A DNA stretch of 64,000 nucleotides from an uncultured delta proteobacterium (GCA_963767925.1 CAVYGB010000008.1:2432001-2496000), one strand, 5' to 3'. Shown: positions 32,332 to 43,992, numbered from the stretch's first letter. The notes: generated by a model from the letters alone, not told the origin. Numbers and translations are program-made.

Positions 32332-33554
32332 ATGGGCAACACCGCCTACATGTGGGAAGCCCGCGCGCGCAACGGCGACGTGCAGAAGGGCGTGATGGAG
32401 GCAGACAGCGAGGAGGCGGTGATCAACCGCCTCAAGCTGCAGCTCCTGTCGCCCGTCGAGGTCAAGAAGCAACCCAAGCAGCTGCTCGCTGCGCTTCGGC
32501 TCGGGGGTGAAGACCGAGGACATGGTCATCTTCACCCGCCTGTTCGCCACCATGATCGACGCCGGGCTGCCCATCGTGCAGTGCCTCGACATCCTGTCGA
32601 CGCCAGGCCAAGAACAAGGCCTTCGGCAAGATCCTGGGGCAGGTCAAGGCCAGCGTGGAAGGTGGCCTCACCCTCTCGGACGCCCTGCGCAAGCACCCCA
32701 AGGTCTTCGACAACCTGTTCGTCAACCTGATCGCCGCCGGCGAGACGGGCGGCATCCTCGACACCATCTTGCAGCGCCTCTCCGTCTACCATGGAGAAGG
32801 CGATGAAGCTGAAGCGCCGGGTGAAGGGGGCGATGGTCTACCCCATCTCCGTCCTCTTCATCGCCGGCGATCGTGGTGACGGTGCTGCTCACCAAGGTCG
32901 TCCCGGTCTTCGAGAAGATGTTCAAGGAGTTCGGCGGGGGCAAGCTGCCCACGCCGACCCAGATCGTCATCGACATCTCCCACGCCCTGTCGACCTCCCT
33001 GCCCTACATCCTCGCGGTGATGGGCGGCATCGTTCGCCGCCTTCCGGGCTGATGCTGCGCACCCAGAAGGGGCGCCTCGCCTTCGACGGCATTCTTGCTG
33101 AAGATGCCGGTGCTGGGGCCGGTGCTGCGCAAGGTCGTGGTGGCTCGCTTCACCCGCACCATGGGCACCCTGCTCTCCTCCGGCGTTCCCATCCTCGACG
33201 CGATGGACATCGTGGCCCGCACCGCCGGCAACACGGTGGTGCGAGAAGGGCATCCTCTACGCCCGCGAGCGCATCTCCGAGGGCAAGGACCTGGCCAGCC
33301 CCCTGATGGAGACCGGCCTGATGCCCCCCATGGTCGTGCAGATGATCGCGGTCGGCGAGCAGACCGGCGCCCTCGACGCCATGTTGACCAAGATCGCCGA
33401 CTTCTACGAAGAAGAGGTCGACGTCGCGGTTGCGTCGATGACCAGCCTGATCGAACCCATTATGATGGTGTTCCTGGGCGGCGTCATCGGCGGCCTGGTG
33501 ATCGCCATGTACATGCCCATCTTCGAGATGGCGGGGAACATCAAGAGCGGCTGA
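32332..33554 (+). CDS. pilC: Type IV pilus platform protein PilC (T2SSF family); several frameshifts
   Basis: [77 protein letters not shown]. Confidence 0.92.
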
Positions 33555-33556
33555 GG

Positions 33557-35347
33557 TTGAAGCTGGCAGCTCCGAGCGCGACATTGTCGTCAGCTCCGGC
33601 GGTGGCACCGATCCCGAGTGCCTCCGACCGGGATCGTGAGTCGGGGCCCATCCAGCCACCCCGGCAGCCGACGGAGGACTATCGCACCGTCGTCTACCTG
33701 ATGTTGTTCCGGGTGGTGCTGGCCTCGGTGCTGCTCCTGTGCACCATCAGCCTGGCCATCACCCACGGGACCTCCGACAACCTGGGGCGGGTGTTCGCCC
33801 GCTTCCTGTTCGGGATGCTGGCCCTGGCTTACGCCGCCACCGTCGTCTACGCGGTGCTGCTGCCCCGGATCGAGCACCTGGTCGGCTTCGCCTACCTGCA
33901 GATCGGGGTCGATCTGTTCCTCATCGCCGTGCTCGTGCACGCCACCGGCGGCGCCCAGAGCGCCTTCACCATCCTGTTCATGATCCAGGTCATCGCGGTG
34001 GCCCTCCTGCCCGAGCGCTACGGCGCGGCCTACGTGGCCACCGCCAGCGCCATCATCGTGATGGCGGTGACCCTGGCCGGCTACTTCCAGCTCCTGCCCA
34101 CCGTGCCCGGGCAGAGCGTGTTCCCCTGGGAGATGTCCACCTCCGACCTGTTCTTTCGCCTGGTGCTCAACGTGGCGGCCATCGCCACCATGGGCGCCCT
34201 GGGCCTGAACCTGTCGGGACAGACGCAGAGAGCGGGCGAGCGGCTGGCCCGCCACCAGCAATACGCCGGCGACCTGGCGCTGCTGCACCAGAACACGATC
34301 CGCTGTCTCTCCTCCGGGCTGGTCACGGTCACCCTCGACGGGCTGATCACCTCCATCAACGGGGCGGCCTGCGAGATCCTCGGCATCACCCAGGCCACCG
34401 CCCTCGGCAACCCCCTGGCCCGCCGGATCCCCGGCCTGGGCCTGGTGCTCGAGGTGGCCGGGCCGGTCGGGTCGGTGCGCCGCCACGAGATCGACGCCAT
34501 CCGCCCCGACGGCAGCGTGCGCAACCTCGGCATCTCGGCCACCCCCCTGTCGGATCACGCCGGGCAGGTCATCGGCCGGGTCATCCACTTCCAGGACCTG
34601 ACCGAGCTGCGGCGCATGCAGATCGAGGTGGAGCGCTCGGAGCGCCTGGCCTCGATCGGCCGGCTGGCCTCGGGCATCGCCCACGAGATCCGCAACCCCC
34701 TGGCCAGCATCTCGGGCTCGGTCGAGATGTTGCGCCGCTCGCCCGGGGCCGACGGGGAGAGTCGCCAGCTCGTGGACATCGCCGTGCGGGAGGTGGATCG
34801 GCTGAACCGGCTCATCACCGACCTGCTGGAGTACGCCCGGCCACGGCCCGAGGAGAAGGAGCCGCTCGACCTGGCGGAGATCGCCGGGGAGATCGCCAAG
34901 GCCTTCGAGCACGAGAAGCGCGCGACCGACGTCCGGGTGGCGGTGGAGGTGGAGCCGAACTCCGGCATCGAGGGGGCGGGCGGTCAGATGCGCCAGGTGA
35001 TCTGGAACCTGCTCCGCAACGCGGTCGAGGCCATGCCCGAGGGGGGCACGGTGCGGATCCGGGTGGCCCGGGCCGAGATGCCGGGGCGAAAGTCGGCGAC
35101 CGTGCTCTCGGTGAGCGACACCGGGGTGGGCATCAGCCAGGAAGACCAGGATCAGATCTTCGAGCCCTTCTTCTCGAAGAAGCGGGGTGGCACCGGGCTG
35201 GGCCTGCCCACCGTGGCCCGCATCGTCGAGGACCACAAGGGGCACATCGAGGTGACGAGCGCCCCAGGCCGGGGCACCGAGTTCAGCCTGCGCTTCCCCT
35301 ACGTCTACGTCCCCGGCCGCTCGCACGGGGCCAGCGCGACCGTCTAG
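33557..35347 (+). CDS. pilS: PilS-like sensor histidine kinase (multi-TM, PAS, HisKA, HATPase); start approximate
   Basis: VHATGGAQSAFTILF PilS-type TM region, AHEIRNPL, NLLRNA, DTGVG, FEPFF, GTGLGL. Directly follows pilC. Confidence 0.8.
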   Translation: MKLAAPSATLSSAPAVAPIPSASDRDRESGPIQPPRQPTEDYRTVVYLMLFRVVLASVLLLCTISLAITHGTSDNLGRVFARFLFGMLALAYAATVVYAVLLPRIEHLVGFAYLQIGVDLFLIAVLVHATGGAQSAFTILFMIQVIAVALLPERYGAAYVATASAIIVMAVTLAGYFQLLPTVPGQSVFPWEMSTSDLFFRLVLNVAAIATMGALGLNLSGQTQRAGERLARHQQYAGDLALLHQNTIRCLSSGLVTVTLDGLITSINGAACEILGITQATALGNPLARRIPGLGLVLEVAGPVGSVRRHEIDAIRPDGSVRNLGISATPLSDHAGQVIGRVIHFQDLTELRRMQIEVERSERLASIGRLASGIAHEIRNPLASISGSVEMLRRSPGADGESRQLVDIAVREVDRLNRLITDLLEYARPRPEEKEPLDLAEIAGEIAKAFEHEKRATDVRVAVEVEPNSGIEGAGGQMRQVIWNLLRNAVEAMPEGGTVRIRVARAEMPGRKSATVLSVSDTGVGISQEDQDQIFEPFFSKKRGGTGLGLPTVARIVEDHKGHIEVTSAPGRGTEFSLRFPYVYVPGRSHGASATV

Positions 35348-35358
35348 TTCCCTGGCAG

Positions 35359-35523
35359 CTAGTCCCCTGGAACGGTGAAGGCTTGCATATGTCGGCGAGG
35401 CATCTTCGTTCCTGGCAAGGCGCGAGGAGGGCGAATACCGGGCGTATTTAACCGACGAGCAACGCAGCCAGGGACGAAGAGGACCGGCGAGATATGCAAG
35501 AAATCACCTTTCCAGGGGACTAG
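35359..35523. mobile_element. Palindromic MITE-like repeat, copy 2 (complete, 165 bp)
   Basis: Terminal inverted repeat ctagtcccctggaa...ttccaggggactag; inner arms cttgcatat/atatgcaag and tcttcgttcctggc/gccagggacgaaga. Confidence 0.85.
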
Positions 35524-36680
35524 CTGCGCGGGGGCGGGGCGGCGCGCTGGAAGAGCAGCGGGACCGTCTGCACCAGGAGCTTGCGCCAGACCGGGTAGGT
35601 GTGGCCCCCCTCGGTCTCGTGGTAGGTGGTCGGGATGCCGTGCCCGCGCAGGACCTCGGCGAGCTCCTTGGCCCGGGCGTGGGCCCCGTCCTCCCGGGCG
35701 ATCCCCACGAACATGAGGTCGAGCTTGTTGCGAGGGGTGGCGGCGACGTCGACCAGGGTCCGGTAGCGGGTCTCGAAGTCGGCCCGGCTCAGCCCCGCCC
35801 CGAACATGGCGATGGAGGCGAAGAGGTCGCGGTGGCGCAGGCCGATCTGCAGGGCCTGGCTGCCCCCCATCGACAGCCCCACGACGGCTCGGTTGCGGCG
35901 GCCGGGCGCCACGCGGTAGCGCTTCTCCACCAGGGGGACGACGTCCTCCAGCAGGTACCGCTCGTAGAGGTCGTTGTTGCTCGGCTGACCCTCGGCCGGG
36001 CGGCTGCCGAACGGCAGGGCATGCCCCCAGGGCATCACGACGATCATGGGGACGGCCTTCTTGTCGGCCTGCAGGTTGTCGAGGATGAAGTGGGCCCGCC
36101 CGGCCATGGTCCAGCCCACCGCCAGGTCATTGTTGCCGTGGAGCAGATAGACGATCGGGTATCGCCGCCCCGGGTTCTGCTGGTACCCGGGCGGGGTGTA
36201 GACCACCACCTGGCGTTCGGCCCCCAGCAACACCGGCGAAGCGTGGGTGTGGGTCTCGAGCGTTCCGTGGGGGACGTTGCGGAACTCCCAGGGCATGCCC
36301 CCCACCACCTCGACCATGCTGGCCGAGGTGCGGGCCCGCAGCTTGACGAGCGGGTTGACGGGGTCGGTGACGATCATGCCGTCCACGTGAAAGACGTAAA
36401 TGTAGATGTTGGGGTCGACCGGCCCCACCGCGATCGACCAGACGCCTTCGGCGTCGCGGGTCATCTTCTGGGGCGTGTTGGGGGGAGCGCCCGGGCGCAG
36501 CCACTCGCCGGCCACCGCCACTTCGGTGGCCCGGGGCGCGCGCAGACGGAGGGTGATCCGCCGGTCGGCGTCGACCTCCGGCGAGCGCAGGGTGTCCGCC
36601 GCCGGGGGGGTGGAGGCAGGCGGCGGGGAGGGGGCCGGCGCGGCCTGGGCGAACAACAGAAGGGAGAGGAGCAGCTTCAC
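35520..36680 (-). CDS. Secreted esterase (N-terminal CBM48/E-set-like domain plus alpha/beta hydrolase, Fes/CE1-like)
   Basis: GTG start after AAGGAGG, signal peptide, VYTPPGY, YLLHG, GLSMGG, GGHTYPVW. Confidence 0.85.
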   Translation of the reverse strand: MKLLLSLLLFAQAAPAPSPPPASTPPAADTLRSPEVDADRRITLRLRAPRATEVAVAGEWLRPGAPPNTPQKMTRDAEGVWSIAVGPVDPNIYIYVFHVDGMIVTDPVNPLVKLRARTSASMVEVVGGMPWEFRNVPHGTLETHTHASPVLLGAERQVVVYTPPGYQQNPGRRYPIVYLLHGNNDLAVGWTMAGRAHFILDNLQADKKAVPMIVVMPWGHALPFGSRPAEGQPSNNDLYERYLLEDVVPLVEKRYRVAPGRRNRAVVGLSMGGSQALQIGLRHRDLFASIAMFGAGLSRADFETRYRTLVDVAATPRNKLDLMFVGIAREDGAHARAKELAEVLRGHGIPTTYHETEGGHTYPVWRKLLVQTVPLLFQRAAPPPRS

Positions 36681-36717
36681 GGGCGGCCTCCTTGGCGGGT
36701 GGTGATCGGGCGAGGTT

Positions 36718-37448
<731 letters not shown>

Positions 37449-37452
<4 letters not shown>

Positions 37453-38390
37453 GCGCCCGCCTTGCCCCGGCTGATCGCCTCGAGCCGGTTCCGCGGGAAG
37501 CGCAGCCGGAAGGTCGAGCCGGCCCCCGGGCGGGAGGTGACCTCGATGGTGCCTTTGTGGGCCCGCACCACCGCCCGCACGAGGGCCAGGCCCAGCCCCA
37601 CCCCCGGGGTTCCCCGTCGGGTGGCCTCCTTGCCCCGCACGAACTCCTCGAACATGTCCCGCCGCTCGTCTCGCGGGATGCCGATGCCGTTGTCGCTCAC
37701 CGCCAGCTCGACCCAGCGGCCGCTGGCCCGCGCCTGCAGGACGATGAGCTTCTCCGGACCGGTGTACTTCCAGGCGTTGATCAGGAGGTTGGCCACCGCC
37801 CGCACCAGGGTCGGCCGGTCCCCCACGATCGACAGCCCCGCCTCGAGATCGACCGAGACCGTGGTGGGGGCGCCCAGGGTGGCGGCGTCGAAGGCGGCCA
37901 GGGCGTCCCGGGTCAGGTCGGCCACCTCGACCCGGGCGCGCTCGAAGACGTGGGCCCCGCTCTCCAGCCGGGACAGCTCGAGCAGGCGACCCACCAGCGT
38001 GTCCAGCCGCTGCACCTCGGTCCCCAGCAGTTGCAAGACGCGGTGCTGATCGTCCTGGCTCAGGCGGCCGTCGCGCAGGGACTCCATGAACAGCCCGATG
38101 GCGGTCAGCGGCGTGCGCAGCTCGTGCGAGACGCTCGAGAGGAAATCGTTCTGCACCCGGGCCAGCGAGGCCCCCCGCCCCACGAAGATCGAGCCGAGGA
38201 TGTACCCGGTGATGGCGGTGGTGCAGAAGGTGATGACCAGGACGCCGGCCACGATGTGGGTGGCCTCCGAGGTGCCGACGGCGAGCAGGACGATCCCGAC
38301 CGCGATCATCAGGACGGTCGGAACCAGGACCGCCAGGATCAGCACGAGCTGAGCCCGGCGTAGCTGCACGATGGCCGGTGGGAAACGCAC
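37449..38390 (-). CDS. Sensor histidine kinase, likely cognate of the adjacent regulator
   Basis: Two TM segments, VSHELRTPL, NLLINAWKY, DNGIG, GVGLGL. Stop codon overlaps the regulator start. Confidence 0.9.
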
Positions 38391-38434
38391 CCGGCCTGGC
38401 AGTATAGCGAGGCGGCGCGGAGATCGCGCCGGTG

Positions 38435-39310
38435 TCAGGCCACGCGGCGGGACATCTCCTGGAACGTGCCGTCGTCCTCGGCGGGAGGATCTTTTTCACC
38501 CACCGAGCGCAGGTCCCAGACGAGTCCCACCGCAGCAAGCCCGCGCAGGATGTAATAGGACAGGTCGATCTCCCACCACCGCATGCCCTGGCGGGCCGAG
38601 CCGGGGCGGTGGTGGTGGTTGTTGTGCCAGCCCTCGCCGAAGGTGATGAGGGCCAGCAGCCAGTGGTTGCGCGAGTCGTCGCGGGTGTCGAAGCGCCGGG
38701 TGCCGAAGACGTGAGCCAGGGAATTGATGGTGAAGGTGCCGTGCCAGAACAGCGTTTGCGCGACGAAGTAGCCCCAGACCAGACCCCAGCTACCCCAGAC
38801 CGCCCAGGTCGCCACCCCCACCAGCACGGGCGGCAACATCCAGAGCCGCTCGAGCACCCGCAGCTCGGGATAGCGGGCCAGGTCCTTGACGCCGTTGAGG
38901 TCGGTCCCCTCGTGGTCGCGCGAGAGCATCCAGCCCATGTGCGACCACCAGAAGCCCTCGCGGGGGGAGTGGGCGTCGCCCGGCCGATCCGAGAAGCGGT
39001 GGTGGCGGCGGTGATGGGCGGCCCACCAGAGCATCCCTTTCTGGCCGGTCGCCACCCCGCCCAGGGCGAGGACGAACTGGAACACGCGCGAGGTGCGGTA
39101 GCTCCGGTGGGAGAAGTAGCGATGGTTGCCCGCGGTCACGAAGAACATCCGCCAGGCGTACATGGCCAGGGCCAGGGCCAGGCCGCTCCACGACCAGCCC
39201 AGGACGGCGACCCCCACCACGGCCGCCACCTGCACGCCCCAGAACACGATGGTTGTGTGGTTGAAGTAGATCTGGCGCCAGTTGCCGTGGGACTCGGGGA
39301 CGGTCTGCAT
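38435..39310 (-). CDS. Acyl-CoA (delta-9-type) fatty acid desaturase
   Basis: His boxes HRYFSH, HRRHH and HNNHH; GFWWSHMGW. Confidence 0.9.
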   Translation of the reverse strand: MQTVPESHGNWRQIYFNHTTIVFWGVQVAAVVGVAVLGWSWSGLALALAMYAWRMFFVTAGNHRYFSHRSYRTSRVFQFVLALGGVATGQKGMLWWAAHHRRHHRFSDRPGDAHSPREGFWWSHMGWMLSRDHEGTDLNGVKDLARYPELRVLERLWMLPPVLVGVATWAVWGSWGLVWGYFVAQTLFWHGTFTINSLAHVFGTRRFDTRDDSRNHWLLALITFGEGWHNNHHHRPGSARQGMRWWEIDLSYYILRGLAAVGLVWDLRSVGEKDPPAEDDGTFQEMSRRVA

Positions 39311-39483
39311 CCCCGTGATGTAGCGCGCCCACGGTCGGCAGCGAGACCCCAGTCCGTCACGGTTTGGTCAGGTTCGTGCGACTCCGAACGACAACCTGCG
39401 GCGCCCGGGCACCTGCGCGTCATCTCTGCTCCTGGTGCATTTCCCGGTGAGATTTGCGCGCCCCGTGTGACAAACTGTAGGCA

Positions 39484-40581
39484 GTGGACCGACTCTGCTT
39501 ACCTGACCGGCGGGACACCGAGCCTCGGACGACGCATCGCACTAGTCGGCTGGTCGGGCTGCTCGCCGCAGCGCTTGTCGCCGGGTGTGCGCCGAGTGGC
39601 TCGGCCAATCGCGCCGCCGTCGAGACCCTGCCACCCGGCGGGTCGGGCGGAACCGGCGGGTCGGGCGGAGCCGGCGGAACCGGCGGAGCCGGCGGAGCCG
39701 GGGGCGAAGCGCCTGTCCCGGTGGCCGGAAGCGGGGGGGCACCGGTCGGGGGGAGCGGAGGTCAGGGCGGCACCGGCGGCGGCGCGCCCGCAACGGGTGG
39801 CAGCGGGGGTGGATCGCCGCAAACCCCGCCTGTCGATGCGCCGGCCGCGGATACGGCGCTTGCCGACCCGGACGCGGCACCACCTGTCGATCTGGCGCCG
39901 CCGATGCCGGACGGCCCCCCGCCCCCTCCCCCGCCACCCAACCTGGCCCGCGGGATGGCCGGGCACTGGCGCTTCGACGAGGGTAGCGGCAACGTCGTGC
40001 TCGACAGCTCCCCGGTGCAGAACCACGGGGGCACCATCAACATCCTCGCGGCCGACTGGAAGGTGGGCCGGCGCGGAGGGGCCCTCCAGTTCACGGCCAA
40101 CCGGCGAACCTTCATCCAGATCTCCCACCACGACACCATCGCGCCTCGCGAGGGGATCTCGCTGACCTTCTGGGTCAACGCCGCCTCCTTCACCGCCACC
40201 CAGCGGATGCTCCAGAAAGGCGACGCCAACGTGGAGTACGGCCTGGGCGTGCAAGGCAACCGGCTGGAGCTGTTTCTCCGCCTCGAGGGGGGCGGTGAGG
40301 TGCGCGTGACGGCGCCCCCGCCGCCCACCGGGCGCTTCACCCACCTGGCCGCCACCTACGACGGCCAGCAGGCGAAGCTCTACGTCGACGGCCGTCCGGT
40401 GGCGATGGCCCTGGCGCCGGGGGCACTGGCCATCGGCACGGAGAACCTGAACCTGGGCGGGCGGCCCGCCGGCGCGCCCGACAGCGAATTCTTCTCCGGC
40501 CTGATCGACGACCTCGTGATCTACGGCCGTGGCCTCAGCGCCGCCGAGGTCGGCCTGCTGTTCATGGGCGGGGCGCCCTGA
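39484..40581 (+). CDS. Lipoprotein with Gly/Pro-rich linker and LamG-like (concanavalin A-like) domain
   Basis: Lipobox LVAGC; GHWRFDEGSG, THLAATYDG, LYVDG, FSGLIDDLVIY. Confidence 0.8.
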   Translation: MDRLCLPDRRDTEPRTTHRTSRLVGLLAAALVAGCAPSGSANRAAVETLPPGGSGGTGGSGGAGGTGGAGGAGGEAPVPVAGSGGAPVGGSGGQGGTGGGAPATGGSGGGSPQTPPVDAPAADTALADPDAAPPVDLAPPMPDGPPPPPPPPNLARGMAGHWRFDEGSGNVVLDSSPVQNHGGTINILAADWKVGRRGGALQFTANRRTFIQISHHDTIAPREGISLTFWVNAASFTATQRMLQKGDANVEYGLGVQGNRLELFLRLEGGGEVRVTAPPPPTGRFTHLAATYDGQQAKLYVDGRPVAMALAPGALAIGTENLNLGGRPAGAPDSEFFSGLIDDLVIYGRGLSAAEVGLLFMGGAP

Positions 40582-40679
40582 GCGCGGCGGCGCTCGCTCG
40601 GCTGGCGCCCCCACCGGGGCCGCTGCTCCAGTCGCGGTCCGGGTCACCCGACGAGCTCCTCGAGCGCAACCCCTGGGGG

Positions 40680-41381
40680 ATGCCGGGGACCCTGCTGTGG
40701 AACTGGGCGGTGGTCATGGCGAGCGGCTTCCTCGCGGGCGGGGCGCTCGACCTCTCCTTGCCGGCGGGGGCGGCCCTGGCCGCCTCGCTGGGGGGCGCGC
40801 TGGCGCCCCTGCCCCACCACCTGCTGGCCTGGCGGCTCTTCCGCCAGCGGAGCCGCCTGCCGGTCCTCACCGTCCTCCCCTCGATCCGCCCCGGCGCGCC
40901 GGTGCGCCTGCGCGGCACCGTGGCCGAAACCCAGCAGGCCTTCCTCGCCCCGGGCAGCGCCTGCCCCGCCGTGTTCGCGCGGACGGTGTACCGCCGGCCG
41001 GCCGCCGAGGGCCCGACCGAGCTGCGCGAGGAGCTGCGGGGCGTGCCGTTCGAGATCCGCCTGCAAGGTGGCACCCGGGTCCGGCTCGACCCGACCCTGC
41101 TGGCCGTCCAGGATCCACCGCGCCGGGTGAAGAAGCTGACGCTCGACGCCCGGCGGGATCTCGGCCTGGGCCCCCGCCGCCGCTTCGGCGAGCCCCGTTA
41201 CCTGCAGGTCCTCCTCGCGCCCGGAGACGCGATCGAAGCGGTTGGCTGCCTGGGCCGCGAGGTCGACCCCGCCGGCACGGCGCTCCCCGGCCGGGGCGTT
41301 CCCCTGGTGACGACCCTCGCGCCGGGCGCCAGCGGGCAGGTCCTCGTCCGCAAGCTGAGCAAGCCGCCCCGCCTCTTCTGA
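40680..41381 (+). CDS. Hypothetical membrane protein, possibly GIDE-like beta domain
   Basis: N-terminal hydrophobic segment; VRLRGTV, PFEIRL and LAPGDAIEAVG pattern. Confidence 0.45.
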   Translation: MPGTLLWNWAVVMASGFLAGGALDLSLPAGAALAASLGGALAPLPHHLLAWRLFRQRSRLPVLTVLPSIRPGAPVRLRGTVAETQQAFLAPGSACPAVFARTVYRRPAAEGPTELREELRGVPFEIRLQGGTRVRLDPTLLAVQDPPRRVKKLTLDARRDLGLGPRRRFGEPRYLQVLLAPGDAIEAVGCLGREVDPAGTALPGRGVPLVTTLAPGASGQVLVRKLSKPPRLF

Positions 41382-41397
41382 ACGGCCGCCCCCCCGC

Positions 41398-43821
41398 CTA
41401 GTCGAAGCGCAGATCGTCGACGGCGACGGAGCCCCGACCGGAGAACAGGATCTCCGCCGCCACCAGGTGCCGCAGGTCCAGCCCCTGGGCCCGGAGCGGC
41501 GCCAGCGGGACGATGACGTCGGCGAAGTGGCCGGTGATGCCGCCGGCCCCGATCGCGGCCGCCCCCGCGACGGTGGCGCTGCGACCGCCGCCGTCGACGA
41601 GCCGCACCGAGATCTGGGAGGTCGGCAGGTCGGGGCCCTCGCTGCGCATCCGGAAGGCGAAGGCGGCCAGGCCCTCCACGTCGAGGTTGCCGAGGGCGTT
41701 GCCGTAGACCGCCCCGTCCTGCGACCAGCCCAGCTCCCGCGCCCGGGAAAAGGCCAGGACGTCGGGCTGCAGGTAGAGCGCCCGCCGGCTCGGCGCCAGG
41801 GCAGGCGCCTCCTGGGCGGCTGGCCCCAGCCAGGCCAGCTCGCGCGACAGGACCATGCCCGCGGCGTAGGTCTCCCGCCCGAGAGCGTTGGCCGCGCCCT
41901 GGTCCTGGAAGTCGTCGACCAAAACCTGGGCGCCGCGATCGGATCGGCGCTGCACGCCGAGCGGGCTCAGGGTGGTGGTGAGACCCGCCGATCCGAACAG
42001 CACGCCCGCCCCCTCGGGAAACTGGCCGGTGACGTATTTCAGGAAGGCCACCGCGTAGGCGTTCGTCACCGCCCAGTCCTGCTCCCGGGTGATCTCGGCG
42101 GCCCCCCCCCGCTCGGGCGGACAGACGTCGCAGCTCCAGGCGTGCAGCGATCCGAGGATGGTGTGGGCCGACATGGGGCCAGACCGCCGCTCGTAGAGGA
42201 AATCGGCGATGGGATAGACCACATCGGCGTCGTTGCCGGCGATGGTCAGCAGGGCCGGCTGGTCGGGCAGAGGGCGGTTCCAGAGGGCCTCGCCGCCCAT
42301 GACCGCCATGGGATCGACCGGCTTGATGAGCAACATGCCGGACACCACCGGCTTGCTCTGGGCGGCCAGGATGGCGCCCGCCGCCCCCCGCGAGTGCCCG
42401 GCCACCACGATGCGCTTGAGGTCGATCTGCCCGAACAGGGGGAACCCGGGCTCTCGGTTGCGCGCGCGCAGGTGGGCGATCGTCGCACGCAGGTTCTCCG
42501 AGATGAGCGTGATGTTGCCGATGGTGACGGGCAGGTAAGCCCCGTCCTGGTAGACGAGCGAGATCCCGTCGACGCTGGCCACCACGAAGCCGTGCGAGGC
42601 CCAGCGCTCGAGCAGCGGTCCGTAGTGGTCGTAGAGGGTGCTCACCCCCCCCTCGAGCCGGGCGGCGCCGTGATGGAACGCGACGAGGGGGAAGCGGCCG
42701 CGGGCCGGACCGGGCGTCGCCTGCGACGAGGAGCGGGGAAAATACACCCGCACCCGCTCGCTCGTCCGGCGCGCGGGCACCGCGACCGACTCCTCGAAGG
42801 TCCCGACCTCGTGAGGGCCGGGCCGGTCGAGCTCGTCGAGGGTCGGGCTGGTCGGATCCTCGGGAGGGGCGACGTCGAGGCTGGTCAGCCAGGTGGTCTT
42901 CACGTCGGCGCCACCGGTGGAGACCAGCTCGAACCGGCTGAACGAGGCGGTTGTGGGCGTGCCGGCGATGGCCGCGTCGGCGGTGACGGCCAGCCCGGGC
43001 GGCAAGGTCCCCTCGGCGAGGGTGAACCCGCTCTCGCCAGCCGGCAGCGGCGCCCGGTATGGGACCCCGACCCGGGCCGAACGGAGCCAGAGCGACTCGG
43101 TCTTGGCCCCGGCGTAGGTCATCAGGCCGTGGGCGAGGACGCCCAGCCCGGGCGCCCGCCAGGTGAGGGTGTGGTTCCCCTCCGCCTGGAAGACCACGCC
43201 GCGAAAATGCGCCCGACCCGTGGTCAAGCGACGCTCCCGTCCACCCGCCACAACGAGGTGGGGGTCGGTGGCGTCCACGCTGACGGGGATGTCGACCGGG
43301 ACCAGGGCACCCTGCCCGTCGACGAGCTCGACCTCCAGCGGGCCCAGCAGGGTCTCGACCGAGGCGCGCCCCGGCGGCATCTCGGCAAAGCGCATGATGG
43401 GCCGGACCTCGAAGGGCGGGGTCGTGACGTCGGGATGGCCCGGCGCCCGTACCGTGAGGACGATCTTCTCCCATCGGTCGTAGACGAGATCGTCGAAGCG
43501 GACGGTGCCGCCGTCCGAGATCCGCTCGAGGGTGCCGCCGAGCGTGCCGGTTCCGCTGACGCTCACCGCGACCGGCGTGCTGTCGTCCTCGGTGAGCTGG
43601 ACCCCCTGGGGGTCGTTGAGCCGGAGGCGCAGCTCGAAGCGGCCGTTGATGACCGCCGCCGCGGGGACCCGGGTGAAGGCGAGGCCCGGTCGCTCGGGGT
43701 CGATCCCGGAGCGGCGGCTCGTCGTCCCGGGCGGCACCGACGTGCACGCCGTCAGGCCCGCCAGCGCGGCCAGGATGACCGGTCGCGGCGCGAGGCGGCG
43801 TGTCGGCGTTGGTACTTCCAT
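41398..43821 (-). CDS. Lipoprotein with Ig-like domains and an alpha/beta hydrolase domain
   Basis: Lipobox LTAC; GTLPPGL..IAGTPT (He_PIG-like Ig); FPLVAFHHG, WASHGFVVAS, nucleophile elbow GHSRG. Confidence 0.75.
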   Translation of the reverse strand: MEVPTPTRRLAPRPVILAALAGLTACTSVPPGTTSRRSGIDPERPGLAFTRVPAAAVINGRFELRLRLNDPQGVQLTEDDSTPVAVSVSGTGTLGGTLERISDGGTVRFDDLVYDRWEKIVLTVRAPGHPDVTTPPFEVRPIMRFAEMPPGRASVETLLGPLEVELVDGQGALVPVDIPVSVDATDPHLVVAGGRERRLTTGRAHFRGVVFQAEGNHTLTWRAPGLGVLAHGLMTYAGAKTESLWLRSARVGVPYRAPLPAGESGFTLAEGTLPPGLAVTADAAIAGTPTTASFSRFELVSTGGADVKTTWLTSLDVAPPEDPTSPTLDELDRPGPHEVGTFEESVAVPARRTSERVRVYFPRSSSQATPGPARGRFPLVAFHHGAARLEGGVSTLYDHYGPLLERWASHGFVVASVDGISLVYQDGAYLPVTIGNITLISENLRATIAHLRARNREPGFPLFGQIDLKRIVVAGHSRGAAGAILAAQSKPVVSGMLLIKPVDPMAVMGGEALWNRPLPDQPALLTIAGNDADVVYPIADFLYERRSGPMSAHTILGSLHAWSCDVCPPERGGAAEITREQDWAVTNAYAVAFLKYVTGQFPEGAGVLFGSAGLTTTLSPLGVQRRSDRGAQVLVDDFQDQGAANALGRETYAAGMVLSRELAWLGPAAQEAPALAPSRRALYLQPDVLAFSRARELGWSQDGAVYGNALGNLDVEGLAAFAFRMRSEGPDLPTSQISVRLVDGGGRSATVAGAAAIGAGGITGHFADVIVPLAPLRAQGLDLRHLVAAEILFSGRGSVAVDDLRFD

Positions 43822-43992
43822 GTGGGAGAGAACGCTCGAAGCCCCGCGAAGTTATTCGAGGTTTTGGCGGTGAAATCGCGTCACAAAACCTGGTCGCAGC
43901 AGACCGTCCTCGGCCACGCAGGATAGACCCAAGGTCGTCCGCGCCCGGCCGACCTCTGGTACGAGGCGCCCGCCCATGAGACTCTGCGCGAG

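Noticed and set aside
39630..39820. Gly-rich GGxGG repeats
   Set aside because: Ordinary low-complexity linker of a lipoprotein.
43859..43891. Hairpin aggttttg...caaaacct in a divergent intergenic region
   Set aside because: Single short imperfect stem with no second copy or known motif.
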